A DNA stretch of 63,354 nt, filler included, from Octopus bimaculoides (Eukaryota), in NCBI RefSeq assembly GCF_001194135.2. It is 7 parts of 7 records of this genome, joined end to end, with 100 filler letters (N's around TTAATTAATTAA, not from the genome) between each part and the next. Parts side by side here need not be neighbours in the genome. Positions count along the whole stretch, not along the records: positions 15,504 to 33,984 come from NC_069000.1; positions 34,085 to 41,391 come from NC_068982.1; 5 more parts are not named here. One strand, given 5' to 3'. This document shows positions 24,625 to 38,143 of this stretch, in pieces. The stretch's first letter is position 1. Each line of letters opens with the position of its first letter. A model generated the notes under the pieces. It did not search any database. It saw only the letters and a program-made list of their open reading frames with translations, and was not told the origin of the DNA. Made by a program: the position numbers and the translations under genes.

Positions 24625-25155
24625 AGCAAGTGTCTCCGCTGTGCTGCATCTGAAATAGAGTGGCTGAAACCATTGCCCATATCACGAATGGGCAAGTCTA
24701 AGGCATTCTTTCGTGATATGGGCAATGGTTTCATCCATAGACTTGCCCAAAACCACTACAAATTGTGTCGACACGACCAGGTAATGAAAGTGTTACATTG
24801 GAAAAATTGCGAAAAGTGGGGGCCGGAGAGAGGCAAGACGTGGTATGAGCACAAACCGCAGAGAGTGTGCGGAGTCGGAGACTAGCAAAATCCTTTGGGA
24901 TTTCCCAATCCAAACAGATCAGTTGCAAGAGCATAACAGACCGGATCTAGTGGTGGTGGACAAGGTGCACCACATATGTAATATAGTTGATATTACATAC
25001 CCCTTTGACCCACGAATAGTCAAGAAGGAAGGCAAAAAGATAAATAGATAGTTGAGAAGAAGGAATAGCATGGTACCGTAGGCTGCAGATAATAAGCCCG
25101 TTACGCATGCAAGACACCAGGAAGTCCAACAAAACCTGTGATAAAAGTAGAAGAG
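24625..25155 (+). mobile_element. R4/Dong-type RLE fragment (CCHC knuckle and PD endonuclease motif)
   Basis: LAQNHYKxRHDQVMKVLHW...WYEHKP...KILWDFPIQTD...NRPDLVVVDK...IVDITYPFDPRIVKKE. Confidence 0.85.
24665..24733. repeat. Perfect 24-bp inverted repeat with a 21-nt loop
   Basis: tgaaaccattgcccatatcacgaa (24665-24688) and ttcgtgatatgggcaatggtttca (24710-24733). Confidence 0.95.
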
Positions 25156-25187
25156 ATAATAATAATAATAATGATAATGTATATATG

Positions 25188-25231
<44 letters not shown>

Positions 25232-25480
25232 TGTGTGTGTGTGTGTGCCAGTATTAGAAGTTGGTTGATGTGCAGATCTGTATGCTTTGATTTACGTATG
25301 TATACTCGTGCATATAATTATCTGTCTACGTATGTATATATGCATGCATGTATGTATGTATGTATGTATGTATGTATGTATGTATGTATGTATGCATGTA
25401 TATGTGTGTGTGTGTATGCGAATGTTTGCATCCATGTATATATAGACGTATATATGCATATATATATACATGCATATATG

Positions 25481-25513
<33 letters not shown>

Positions 25514-26019
25514 NNNNNNNNNNNNNNNNNNNNNNNNNNNNNNNNNNNNNNNNNNNNNNNNNNNNNNNNNNNNNNNNNNNNNNNNNNNNNNNNNNNNNNN
25601 NNNNNNNNNNNNNNNNNNNNNNNNNNNNNNNNNNNNNNNNNNNNNNNNNNNNNNNNNNNNNNNNNNNNNNNNNNNNNNNNNNNNNNNNNNNNNNNNNNNN
25701 NNNNNNNNNNNNNNNNNNNNNNNNNNNNNNNNNNNNNNNNNNNNNNNNNNNNNNNNNNNNNNNNNNNNNNNNNNNNNNNNNNNNNNNNNNNNNNNNNNNN
25801 NNNNNNNNNNNNNNNNNNNNNNNNNNNNNNNNNNNNNNNNNNNNNNNNNNNNNNNNNNNNNNNNNNNNNNNNNNNNNNNNNNNNNNNNNNNNNNNNNNNN
25901 NNNNNNNNNNNNNNNNNNNNNNNNNNNNNNNNNNNNNNNNNNNNNATAAAGTATAAATGCACAATGTTTTTAGCGGTCAGTGATGGTCAACCTCGGTCCC
26001 TTTAGTTTTTAATCATTTA

Positions 26020-26300
26020 AAAGCTTCCTCTGAAGAAAGAGCTGGTTTCTAAGAAAGATACAAAGCTCCATCTTCAGAACGTAGATAACGAAAATGATGT
26101 CACATTTTAAACTTGAGAAATGTCTTGCATAATTTAACTGTTCCGCTTACAGTTTGTATTTGTAATGTGCGAATTAGTTGGTTAATTTCTTTTTCTGAAA
26201 TTCCAAACTTATCTCGACTGACAGTTAGGCATTTACTTACAAAACCAGGGGCTCCAATTATTATTAGTATGAATGTATATTTGTATTCCGGATTGTATGT
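26020..26300 (-). mobile_element. Second RLE-type LINE family, ORF C-terminus and 3' UTR
   Basis: YPEYKYTFILIIIGAPGFVSKCL...SEKEINQLIRTLQIQTVSGTVKLCKTFLKF. A homologous copy lies at 48125-48330 (+). Confidence 0.65.
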
Positions 26301-27715
26301 ATGCATGCATGCATGCATGCATGCATGATCTCTTCTATTTTTTTAATTATTAGAAATCTTCCACTGAGGAAACAGCTGGTTTCCAACAAAGATACAAGGC
26401 TCCATTTGGAACGTATGTATGTATGTATGTATGTATGTATGTATGTATGTATGTATGTATGTATGTATGTATACAACCGCCACGTGCAAAGCAAGTGAGC
26501 GTGAGGTTGGTTGGTAACGTGTACCATGCTTTTATTAATGGTTTCAGGTGCCTGTGTTGTCACGAGTAGGCAGACATCCTCTCAGCCCTTCTGTTCTTTG
26601 ATTTTGATGTCCCACATATATATGTAATTCACAATATAAACCATGAGATATTTTTTTTATTCTTAAAAATGTAACAAAACTAACAGCAAAACAGAAAATA
26701 ATGTTTATTTTTGTATAATTCCATTTATTTATATTTCAAAAATGTTCTCCTACATTTCTAATTGCAAAGTCCTTCATCAGATCCTCACTACGGTACCATG
26801 AACACTTCCGAATAATATTTTCGATCATATAAACCACTTCGAATACTATTTTAGTAGGTTTAAAGTAATTTTTTCTCTTTGTGCCGTAAACCATTTACTA
26901 TTTCTGTGGTACCCCGCCTTCCCTTGGAGCCTTAAACTGCGTGGTTAGAAGTTTGTTCCGGCGCCACATAGCTCAGAGCTCAGTCCCCACTGCATGACAC
27001 TCTGAGCGAGTGTCTTCAACTATAGCCTTGGACCAACCAAAGCTTTGCAAGTGGTTTTCGTAGACGGAAACTGAAAGGATTCCGTCATACATACATATAT
27101 ATATATATATATATANNNNNNNNNNNNNNNNNNNNNNNNNNNNNNNNNNNNNNNNNNNNNNNNNNNNNNNNNNNNNNNNNNNNNNNNNNNNNNNNNNNNN
27201 NNNNNNNNNNNNNNNNNNNNNNNNNNNNNNNNNNNNNNNNNNNNNNNNNNNNNNNNNNNNNNNNNNNNNNNNNNNNNNNNNNNNNNNNNNNNNNNNNNNN
27301 NNNNNNNNNNNNNNNNNNNNNNNNNNNNNNNNNNNNNNNNNNNNNNNNNNNNNNNNNNNNNNNNNNNNNNNNNNNNNNNNNNNNNNNNNNNNNNNNNNNN
27401 NNNNNNNNNNNNNNNNNNNNNNNNNNNNNNNNNNNNNNNNNNNNNNNNNNNNNNNNNNNNNNNNNNNNNNNNNNNNNNNNNNNNNNNNNNNNNNNNNNNN
27501 NNNNNNNNNNNNNNNNNNNNNNNNNNNNNNNNNNNNNNNNNNNNNNNNNNNNNNNNNNNNNNNNNNNNNNNNNNNNNNNNNNNNNNNNNNNNNNNNNNNN
27601 NNNNNNNNNNNNNNNNNNNNNNNNNNNNNNNNNNNNNNNNNNNGGTCACATATATGTCATGGAAACCAGGTAACCCTCTGAGCCTTATGATTTGAGACAG
27701 TATTGTTTAAGGGCC

Positions 27716-27746
<31 letters not shown>

Positions 27747-29079
27747 ATTCTGCATCTGCACTATAACGAGTCTACCAGGTTGATGGTGATGAAAATATGA
27801 GAGGTAAAGTTGACCTCGATAGGGATTTTGAACTCAGAGGACAGAGAGTCTGAAGAAATACTCCTATTCAACACTGCCATTGTATCTCGCTAAGTACTGG
27901 CTCAAAAACCGGTTATCTGGTTTCCATAAGATCACAGCATTGCTCCATGAACGAGACAAAAGTCCGTCGCCGGGTTACTCATTAACGACTGAAGTGTTTT
28001 GCTCAAGAACACAACGCACCACCCAATCCGGGAATCGAAACCGCGATCTTGTAATCGTAGGTGTAACACCCTATCCAATAGGCCACACACCTTCACTAGC
28101 TCCACTGACACATTTTATTTACTCATCCTCACTCTATTAACGATTATCCGTGATAGAGATATAGACTATATAGTGATATAGACTACAAAGCTATAAAGGA
28201 AAAAAGAAATATTTCTTTTTTTGTTCTGCTCGTTGTCATCAATATCGTCGTGGTCGTCGTTGTCGTCGTGTCTCAAGCATTATCATTTTCATTACCGTTA
28301 TGCTTATTGTTTTTGTCCCTTCTTTCCTTCCATAATTCGGTAACAATGACAGCTTGTTTATTTGTGTTATTGTTATTCTAACAGTTGATGTTTTTTTTGT
28401 TGTTGTTGTTTTGTTACCATAGCAAACGGTTAATTAACAAAGAATCGGATCCCTTATTAACGACGTATTTCCGACAATGGATTATTGATTTCATACAGGA
28501 CACACTGATTTCAACAATATTTCATGTTGATATCACAAAACTACGACACATTTGGTTTCTATCGAAAATGGGTTTTGTCTTTCTGCGTCATTTCTGAAAA
28601 CGCCATCCAAAATGGCGATTCTGCTGTCATATATGTTTAGTTCCGTTTTTTACTGTTTATTTTTGTTTGCCTTCGTTTTTATTTATAGCTATTGTTTTAA
28701 TCTTTTTTATTCATTTATTCTTTATTTTTCCTTGAGCTATTGTTTTTAGTTTGTTTTTTTTTATTTCGCGTAATAATTTGCTTGTAGTTGTTGTTGTGGC
28801 TGCTATCGTTGTCTTCGAGGTTTTAGAGTGAAAATTGATTTTTAAATAAACCACTGTATATTATCTGTACGTGTTTGTGAGTTGTTATTAGCGCTGTTGT
28901 TGCTGTCGTTGTTGTTGTTGTTGTTGCTGTCGTTGTCGTTGTTGTTGTTGTTGTTTTTGTTGTTGTTGTTGTTGTCGTCGTCGTTGTTCTTGTTCTTGCT
29001 GCTATTGTCTTTATGGCCATTAGAATTTCTCATCTTTCTTATAATGAATAACTTTCATGTATTAATTAACACAGGAGGT

Positions 29080-29140
29080 AGGGATGGGGACGGGATGGGG
29101 ACGGGATGGGGACGGGATGGGGACGGGATGGGGACGGGAT
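29080..29140 (+). repeat. 11-bp G-rich minisatellite (GGGGACGGGAT)n running into a ~600-N gap
   Basis: At least five units visible before the gap. Confidence 0.85.
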
Positions 29141-29779
29141 NNNNNNNNNNNNNNNNNNNNNNNNNNNNNNNNNNNNNNNNNNNNNNNNNNNNNNNNNNNN
29201 NNNNNNNNNNNNNNNNNNNNNNNNNNNNNNNNNNNNNNNNNNNNNNNNNNNNNNNNNNNNNNNNNNNNNNNNNNNNNNNNNNNNNNNNNNNNNNNNNNNN
29301 NNNNNNNNNNNNNNNNNNNNNNNNNNNNNNNNNNNNNNNNNNNNNNNNNNNNNNNNNNNNNNNNNNNNNNNNNNNNNNNNNNNNNNNNNNNNNNNNNNNN
29401 NNNNNNNNNNNNNNNNNNNNNNNNNNNNNNNNNNNNNNNNNNNNNNNNNNNNNNNNNNNNNNNNNNNNNNNNNNNNNNNNNNNNNNNNNNNNNNNNNNNN
29501 NNNNNNNNNNNNNNNNNNNNNNNNNNNNNNNNNNNNNNNNNNNNNNNNNNNNNNNNNNNNNNNNNNNNNNNNNNNNNNNNNNNNNNNNNNNNNNNNNNNN
29601 NNNNNNNNNNNNNNNNNNNNNNNNNNNNNNNNNNNNNNNNNNNNNNNNNNNNNNNNNNNNNNNNNNNNNNNNNNNNNNNNNNNNNNNNNNNNNNNNNNNN
29701 NNNNNNNNNNNNNNNNNNNNNNNNNNNNNNNNNNNNNNNNNNGGTAGTGGTGGTGATATTGATGAAATTGATAGTTATG

Positions 29780-29821
<42 letters not shown>

Positions 29822-29822
29822 A

Positions 29823-29872
<50 letters not shown>

Positions 29873-30178
29873 ACATAATGGAAATGTAATGAAGGCGTGT
29901 TGTGTAGGAATCATAATTATAGAGACGATGAAGAGGATAAGATGATGGTGATGATGATGATGATGATGACGACGACGACGACGACAACGGTGACTACGAT
30001 GATGATGATGACGATGATGATGATGATGGTTGTGGTCGTCGTCGTCGTCGCCGTGGTCGTCGTCGTCGTCGTGGGGGGAGGTCGTGGTGGTGGTGGTGGT
30101 GATGATGATGTTAGTAGTGGTGCCAGTGATGGTGGTGGTGTGCATGTCTGCAGATGTGTATGCTTCAAAGCATATGTA

Positions 30179-30213
<35 letters not shown>

Positions 30214-30699
30214 ACGCGTGCATGCGTATGTGTGTGTGCGTGCGTGTTGGTGCGCGTGAGGTTTCAGTGCTAATGGAGGCCATAACTCGGTAGAGAACTA
30301 ATGGACTCGATCGTAACATTGATGGGAAAAAATATCTCTTTATAAAAGTATGATTTATTGCGTACATGTGTGCGTAGCAGGGCGGTGGACAGTGATGAAA
30401 TAGATGACTTGACGGATCGAGTTCGGTGCTTGTCACTTTAGTTATGAGGGAGGAGGGGCAGTGCTCAATAAAATCAGCTTATGACAAGTATGGGGTGTAC
30501 GGGGTTGCCAGGAAGGGATAACACTTTTGAAGGCATAACACATTGCTCTCAGAGGGGTGGTTCGTTCGTTCGCTTCGGCCTCCACCTAGCTCACAAAATT
30601 TGCAGGTAGCTCCAAGTAGCTATTTGCATGCAACGGCGGCCACATCCGGGTAAACTGGCGGACCAAAACAGGTGGTGGTAGACAAACAGTTATGTAACT

Positions 30700-31150
30700 G
30701 TTTGTTAGTTAGGGCTTGCATTCATATGCATAGAAAGACTGGATCCGGCGGACTCTGCGCAAGAAACCCTTCGTGGTTCGACGGAGGGGAATGCAGTGGT
30801 AGACGTACATTGTGGAGTGCAAAAAGCAAGATGAGGAAAGTAAGATTTCTTGGTCAGTTGCTGCACTCATCTCCGTCGCCACTCGTCTTGACCTGACCTT
30901 TCCACTGGATTGAATATGATCACAGATGAAAGGATAGGGTGACTTTGACAGTGTGAAAAGCTTCTTCACTTTAGACAAAGATACCGCACAAATCATCAGT
31001 CATCAATCATCTTTCAAACTTTATCATTAACTATCACCACCATTCTCTGTCCTCAATGCCAGAGAACATTCTGAGCTCGGCTTGACCGGACCAGTCACCA
31101 ACGCACGCACAAAGCCCAACCACAACTCAAACCCAAGAATGACAAGATGG
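30700..31150 (+). mobile_element. Decayed RTE-type LINE C-terminus with a C2H2 finger
   Basis: LCPQCQRTF*ARLDRTSHQRTH at about 31045-31110 resembles the RTE terminal CxxCxxxFxxRxGLxSHxRxH finger. Confidence 0.5.
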
Positions 31151-32852
31151 TCCTCATCGCTCCAACGGACGAACCTAATAGAAAGTTTGTACTACTGTGG
31201 TGTAGCTTCGTTCACTCCTAGTGTTATTTATTCAATACAGAACGAATAACACTGTATAACACGATTTTTGCCCTTGAGTAGCAACTGATATATATCTTAT
31301 TTGCTTACCGCTAGAAAGTATGAAAAATGACTAATAGTTCCTGCAAACTTTTGTTACAGTATTTATTAAAACCCCAAAGAATCCCTCTCAAAACATGGCT
31401 GTGATGCTCCCCAGCTACTCCTACTCATGATCAGAGATGCACATATTGCCAGTCACTAAGGGACATGCTCAAGTGGTTAAAGTCAAGCAACTGATAAGCA
31501 AATCTGTGGTATTGAGCAGAATATTTGCTACAGCGATATTTCTGCTTCAGCAACTCAGCACTGAATCTGTTTGGAATGTAATGGAAAATAAGTCAGTTTC
31601 AAAATGTTGATGTCCAGGTCACAAAAGCAAAGTTTGAAGGGAATAGAAGTCATTTCCTTTGATTTCTAGATATAAACAAATAAGAAATAACACTTATTGA
31701 CCAAATTAAAAAAAAAAGACGAAAATTTTGTTACACAATGAAATTGACCAATTTGTTAACAGTTGTTAACTGTTTTTTTTAGAAGGATTTTTTTGTGTTG
31801 GGGTAGTGAAGGATAGAGTTTAATGGCTTAGTCAGATTTGGAGGACCGGCAACTCTAATGATCATGCCTTTGCATGTCCAAAGTGTTTTTATAAGTTTGT
31901 CCTAAATGTTCATGCTTGTTTTCAGACTTTTAACTAAGCCTTTGTTTCATACACCATGCAGTAGAATTGAACCTCTAACCTTGTGATTGGGAAGCAAACT
32001 TCTTTCCATATAGTCACGCCTACACGTAGAACAAGTATTATACACCTGTAAAAGTATGTGTAAATGGTTTATTTTCGACCAGGTATCGATTTTTTGGCAG
32101 TTTCTTCTATTTGGAAGCTACAGAAAATATTTGTCTTCAAAATGTCACATCCATTTTTGTCACATACGTCACACAGACATTATTGACTAGCAAACTGATC
32201 ATCGATTTTTGAAATCTCAAGGTCAATGTAAATAAACGCCATGAGGCATTTTATGTTGCTTTGGAGAAATGCAGCAGATTCAGATGAGCAGTTAATATTT
32301 TCAGGTGAATCGATGTCACATACGTCACACTTTTTGAATCGTCTTCAGAAAGTTCTACATACATTCCTGGTAAAATTTATTTTTGTTTAATACTTACCGA
32401 GATGATCAGACTTTTCCACTATTTTCCACTATTGTGGAAAATAAATCAATACAATTCTTGTAAATTTTTTTAAGGTTTACAGCTTACATATTACAGCTTA
32501 CATATTACAGCTTACATATTTAATAATTTGCGTCTCTGACTGTCACATGCGTCAAATGAAATTTGCCCTGTTGGAGCCATCTCTATTTTACATACGATTG
32601 TAAACGTCCTTGAGAAAGACATGATTGTCGCATTCTCTAATATCCCGCTATTTTAAATATCATGTTTCACGTCTGTCTCCGATACAAATAAATGATTAAC
32701 ATTCGTATCATAAGCGCCGTTACAATGAATGAAAAACTTAACAGCAGCAGAGTTCAGAGATCAGATTTTCATTTACATCGTATTCTCTTATGATGCAAAG
32801 GCTCACGGGAAAAGGATGGTTCTCACAATGGTTTTACTCCAACACACATGTA

Positions 32853-32911
<59 letters not shown>

Positions 32912-33862
32912 NNNNNNNNNNNNNNNNNNNNNNNNNNNNNNNNNNNNNNNNNNNNNNNNNNNNNNNNNNNNNNNNNNNNNNNNNNNNNNNNNNNNNNNNN
33001 NNNNNNNNNNNNNNNNNNNNNNNNNNNNNNNNNNNNNNNNNNNNNNNNNNNNNNNNNNNNNNNNNNNNNNNNNNNNNNNNNNNNNNNNNNNNNNNNNNNN
33101 NNNNNNNNNNNNNNNNNNNNNNNNNNNNNNNNNNNNNNNNNNNNNNNNNNNNNNNNNNNNNNNNNNNNNNNNNNNNNNNNNNNNNNNNNNNNNNNNNNNN
33201 NNNNNNNNNNNNNNNNNNNNNNNNNNNNNNNNNNNNNNNNNNNNNNNNNNNNNNNNNNNNNNNNNNNNNNNNNNNNNNNNNNNNNNNNNNNNNNNNNNNN
33301 NNNNNNNNNNNNNNNNNNNNNNNNNNNNNNNNNNNNNNNNNNNNNNNNNNNNNNNNNNNNNNNNNNNNNNNNNNNNNNNNNNNNNNNNNNNNNNNNNNNN
33401 NNNNNNNNNNNNNNNNNNNNNNNNNNNNNNNNNNNNNNNNNNNNNNNNNNNNNNNNNNNNNNNNNNNNNNNNNNNNNNNNNNNNNNNNNNNNNNNNNNNN
33501 NNNNNNNNNNNNNNNNNNNNNNNNNNNNNNNNNNNNNNNNNNNNNNNNNNATATATAAGTATATTAAATTTAAATGTTGAAGTGAATCTAACGGTTTTTG
33601 TGTGTTTCTTAAATGGCTTATAAACACCTTCCACGCTGCAGTTGTTTTCGTTCCAGCACTCGATCTCAGATCAGGTCACTTGCTATGCAAGTACATCTCC
33701 CTATATATATAACAGTCTGGTTTCAGTTTCGGTCTACTAAATCGTCTCAGAAAGCTTTGATTGGCCCGAGGATATAGTAGAAGAGCCACGCGGTGTGACT
33801 GAACCCGGAGCCATGTGGCTGGAAAGCAAACTTCTTACCACACAGCCACATCCGTGCATATG

Positions 33863-33984
<122 letters not shown>

Positions 33985-34084
33985 NNNNNNNNNNNNNNNN
34001 NNNNNNNNNNNNNNNNNNNNNNNNNNNNTTAATTAATTAANNNNNNNNNNNNNNNNNNNNNNNNNNNNNNNNNNNNNNNNNNNN

Positions 34085-34400
34085 AATACAAAGACCTGGA
34101 AATAGAGATAACTCGAATGTGGAATCTAAAAACAGAAACAATTCCTATCATAGTAGGTGCCTTAGGTATAATAAAAAAATATTCAGACAAATACATAACA
34201 AAAACACCAGGACTTACAAATATATATAACATACAGAAAATTGCACTACTGGGTACTGCACACATTCTACGCAAAACACCTTCAATACAGTAAACATAAG
34301 AGCACCACAGCAAACCACAGCACATACCCAAGGCGCACAGAGCTGCGCTCGGTAGTGAAGTGAAATCACGTTATAAAAATAAAACTACTGAACAATAATA
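34085..34400 (+). mobile_element. R4/Dong-type RLE 3' end with UTR and (AAT)n tail
   Basis: YKDLEIEITRMWNLKTETIPIIVGALGIIKK...IQKIALLGTAHILRK, then a UTR ending in aataataat. Confidence 0.85.
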
Positions 34401-34539
34401 ATAATAATAACAATAATAAGAATAATAATATTAGTAATGGTAATGAAATTAGGAGAGGTAAAAAGAAACCTTTACCATATATACAGGTGACCTGTATAAT
34501 AAAAAGCACCTACCAACAAGAAGCACCATAATAACATAA

Positions 34540-35270
34540 TTTGGATTATATTCCCTTTTGCTAAACGTTTGAAGTCTAAATTTACAAAGTCTATTCGTTC
34601 TATTATTAAATCAAATTTTAGTAAATCTAGGTATGCTGGGATATTCAACAGCAGAATGATTAGATTTGGCTTTTCTGTTTCTCCGAACTTATTTAGGATT
34701 ATTTCTTCCTTTAAAAATAGAAAATTAAATCTTTACTGCAAGAATTTAACCTCCCCTACTACTAATACTACCTCCATCTACTCAAATAGCCCTCTACCCT
34801 CTACCAACGACCCCCATACCCACGCAAACTCTATCTCTACCAATACATATACACATAGCAACAGTGCGTCTAATATTAGTAACAATTGTAGCTGTAGAAA
34901 CCCTAACACTAGTGATGTTAAAGGTAATTGTAAAATGAAAAATGTTGTATATAAAGCCACCATTACTACACATGATCTCTCTAGGTTCCATTAGATTACG
35001 TTTGAATAATCATAAATCATGTTTTAATGATCCTCGGAACGAAAATAGTACTAGTTTATCCAAAAAGGTATGGCAACTTAAAAGAGATAACATAAATTTC
35101 TCAATTTCTTCGAATATTGTTTCCACTGTCCCTCTTACAGGATTAGAAATAGAACTTGTCCGCTTTGCCTAGACGAGTCTTATATAATTATGAAAATGAA
35201 CGGTTCTATCTTAAATTCGAGAGATGAAAGTGTTTCCTCTTGTATGCACATGTCCAAATTCCTCTTTATT
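34540..35270 (+). mobile_element. Penelope-like element fragment (thumb/linker and GIY-YIG)
   Basis: CSCRNPNTSDVKGNCKMKNVVYKATIT...RLRLNNHKSCFNDPRNENSTSLSKKVWQLK...LCLDESYII...LNSRDE, frameshifted. Confidence 0.8.
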
Positions 35271-35540
35271 AATCCTAAATAGTTTTATTGATTACCTCCT
35301 CCCTTTTTTCTCAGGTATTTAGTGTATATTTATCTTCTCGATGTGTGCATGTATGTGTGCCGGTGTGACTGTTTATGCACTTGTGTTCTTGGTTATATAT
35401 ATGCATGTATATATGCATGTATGTGTTTGTATGTGTACAAGTACCCACGTATATATGTATATGTGTGTATATATTTAAATGTATATGTGTGTGTTTGTTC
35501 TTATTTCATGCGTGTACATGTATTCATATGCGTATGCGTA

Positions 35541-35573
<33 letters not shown>

Positions 35574-36820
35574 GTGTGTATGTGTGTGTGTATGTATACA
35601 TTTGTATGTTTTTGTGCACGGTTTTTTCTCTTCCTTCTTGTATGGGTGCGTGTCCAATGTATGTATATGTTTATGGATGCGAGTGTTTTTGTACGTGTGT
35701 ATATATTTATGTGTATGTGTGTGCATGTGTGTGTGTATATATATGTATATGTGTATATATATGTATGTAGAAATATATGTATATATATATATATTTGTGT
35801 GTATATATGTATGTATATATATATACGTATATGGAAATGTATATGTATATATATATATATATACGTTTTGTGTTGTGAATGCGTGCTCCTTTATTTTTTA
35901 TGTTTGTATCCATCCCTTACACATGCACCCTTATGTATGTGTATGTGGGTATGTGCACATGCGTGTCGTATGTGGTGTATGTGTTGTGTATGTATTATGG
36001 CCTGTGTTTGAATGTATATTCCTTATGTGTTATGTGTATACGGATTTTTTTCTCTCTATTACTTGGGAATTAATATATATTTTTATTTTCTATTTTTCTT
36101 TTTCGTGTCTCTCACCATTATTATTGTTGATATCATTATTTTCCCCGTTCACAACTTGGTTGGTAAATTACCCGATTTCCCTTATTGCCCCATCTGTGTT
36201 CTCTTATTATATTTTATTTTATTTTTATCTCATTTTACTTCATCTTATAAAATTTTTTTGATGTCCTTCAAAAGATTCCTCACTGATGAAAATGACAATA
36301 CATAAATTAAATTTTAAATTTTATTGTTATTTTTATTCTTAATTTTAATTTTTAATTTTCAATTATAATTATGATCACTATGACTTAAATTTCTTCTTAC
36401 ATTTTTGTATTGTTTTTCGAAACGTACGTATGCATTGAATCCAGTTTTATAATAAATCTATTTCTGTTTCTACATCTTTTCTCCATTTTTTAAAAATACT
36501 TGTTTATGGTATATTGTTATACCTATAGCGAATCTCCTCAAATATTATTTTCATATTCTTATTACCTGTTTTGGCTGATTTTCACGAATCTGATGAATCC
36601 TTATTAGAAATCACCTTTTCTCTCTTTTTGGATCCCCCAAACAGTTTGAATTGTTCTTTTTGAACTTATCTTTCCTTATATNNNNNNNNNNNNNNNNNNN
36701 NNNNNNNNNNNNNNNNNNNNNNNNNNNNNNNNNNNNNNNNNNNNNNNNNNNNNNNNNNNNNNNNNNNNNNNNNNNNNNNNNNNNNNNNNNNNNNNNNNNN
36801 NNNNNNNNNNNNNNNNNNNN

Positions 36821-36887
<67 letters not shown>

Positions 36888-38044
36888 CAGAGAGAGAGAA
36901 AGAGAAATAGATAGATAGATAAATAAATAGGTATATAGTTATATATAGAAAATGCATGTATCCTCCTGACAGGACTGTTTTTGAAGGCCCTGTTTCTAAT
37001 AGGTCTTTCTATACGACCATCCCCCCATCTGATTTTGTAGCAATTATCATAGTAAGAGTAAATTACTCTTCTATAAGCCATTAGCAGGAAGTTGCTAGCA
37101 GCACAAACCATCACATGCTGTTAGATGGACATATGTTGATAACTGATCTCAGATGATAAATGAAGTCAAATGAAAAATGAAATTTAATTAAAAAGCACAG
37201 GAGTAAATATGTTGTGCTGAGAGCACATATTATTGGAATATATTATATTACCATAGGTTTGCATCAGTAAAATATATTTACATGAAAAGAATATATAAAA
37301 GAGTTTAAACCTCTGAAACATGACACAAGAGGCATAGAGAAATACTGCTTTTCGAACAGAACAATTCCTGAAATCCACCATCTCTTATAGAACTTTATAA
37401 ATTAAACCACTCTTTCATATAAAACCTTTTTCTTCAGTAGACTTCAAGGAAATGACCGTAGTAAAAGCAGATTACTCCCATGCGCACAAGTGACATAGTA
37501 CATGTTGCCAACAATCCCATGTATAGGGCATGGCCAGTTCATGATACTAAAACTTTCAAAATCACCCAGAAGCATTCGTTGTACACAATATGGTTCAGTT
37601 TATTTTCTTTATGCACAACTTACTTCTACATTTTCTCCACACATCATGTGAGCTGCTTTGCACATAAAGACAGTTGTTCCCATTTCTGTTTGTGTCATAA
37701 ACATTCTTTGAAAAAATATGTTTAAAATCTGATTATATTCTTAATATTAACCTTGAAATTGATGACTGGAAGATTACTCAATAGAGTTACCTCGTTTGAA
37801 ACTCAATCTGTCGATTTAGAATTAAATATTTTTTAAACGCACATTACAGTTGTAACACACCCATTACAAATATAATCTGCAACTGAACAGCAACCATATG
37901 CAAGACTTTTTCTTGTTTAGGATGTGGCATCGTTTTGTTAGCTTCATTTTAACGATCTTTGTTAGAAACGAATTCCTTCCTTACAGGAAGATTTCAAATA
38001 ATTAGAAAAGAATGTACATACACACACACAAACGCTCACACGCG

Positions 38045-38143
<99 letters not shown>

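Noticed and set aside
35322-36261. Long YI/CV/HT-repeat ORFs here and throughout, plus ORFs spanning X runs
   Set aside because: Translations of TA/CA/TATG microsatellites or N gaps.
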